Below, one piece after another: positions 63,871 to 64,000 of a DNA stretch of 64,000 bases. Source of the DNA: Octopus vulgaris (Eukaryota); the NCBI GenBank assembly GCA_951406725.2, contig OX597814.1:190526001-190590000 (forward strand), written 5' to 3'. Under the pieces are notes generated by a model. That model was not told where the DNA came from, made no database searches, and saw only the letters and a list, made by a program, of their open reading frames with translations. Made by a program: the position numbers and the translations under genes. Every line of letters starts with the position of its first letter. Position 1 is the stretch's first letter.

Positions 63871-64000
63871 ATCTGTGTTTGTTCCCCCAACATCGCTTGA
63901 CAACCGATGCTGGTGTGTTTACATCCCCGTAACTTAGCGGTTCAGCAAAAGAGACTGATAGAATAAGTACTAGGCTTACAAAGAATAAGTCCTGAGGTTG
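63603..64000 (+). mobile_element. Family A SINE with an internal about 55-bp duplication, runs off the window
   Basis: gggcc..caaagcc..gtggatttggtagacggaa..gaaagaagcc occurs twice (about 63712 and 63766). Confidence 0.88.

Overview
Repeat-dense, AT-rich eukaryotic DNA whose SINE/LINE content looks like an octopod cephalopod (inferred, not verified). The only host gene I can support is the 3' part of a crumbs (crb) orthologue on the minus strand. Nine GT-AG exons (28033 down to 15) join in phase into 1308 nt (435 aa plus stop): nine EGF-like repeats, a transmembrane helix and the classic 37-aa tail with GTY FERM-binding and ERLI PDZ-binding motifs. No upstream exon was recognised in 28034-64000, which is probably one very large intron. 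The rest is mobile DNA: four tRNA-derived SINE families, RTE, CR1 and HERO/NeSL LINE fragments, mariner, hAT and piggyBac MITEs, a Helitron, a solo LTR, a 6-bp-TSD MITE carrying TTAGGG repeats and a tRNA-Arg(CCT) pseudogene. The most interesting signal is a dispersed set of minimal type-I hammerhead-ribozyme-like motifs (442, 4494, 19091, 36434, 38508, 39381). They lie in short Penelope-like remnants, mostly embedded in (TA)n/(CA)n tracts. Four share an extra purine after A9, one has a compensatory G3-C8 core swap inside a 98-bp inverted repeat, and four are in the sense of the crumbs pre-mRNA. All calls were read by eye; no searches were run.
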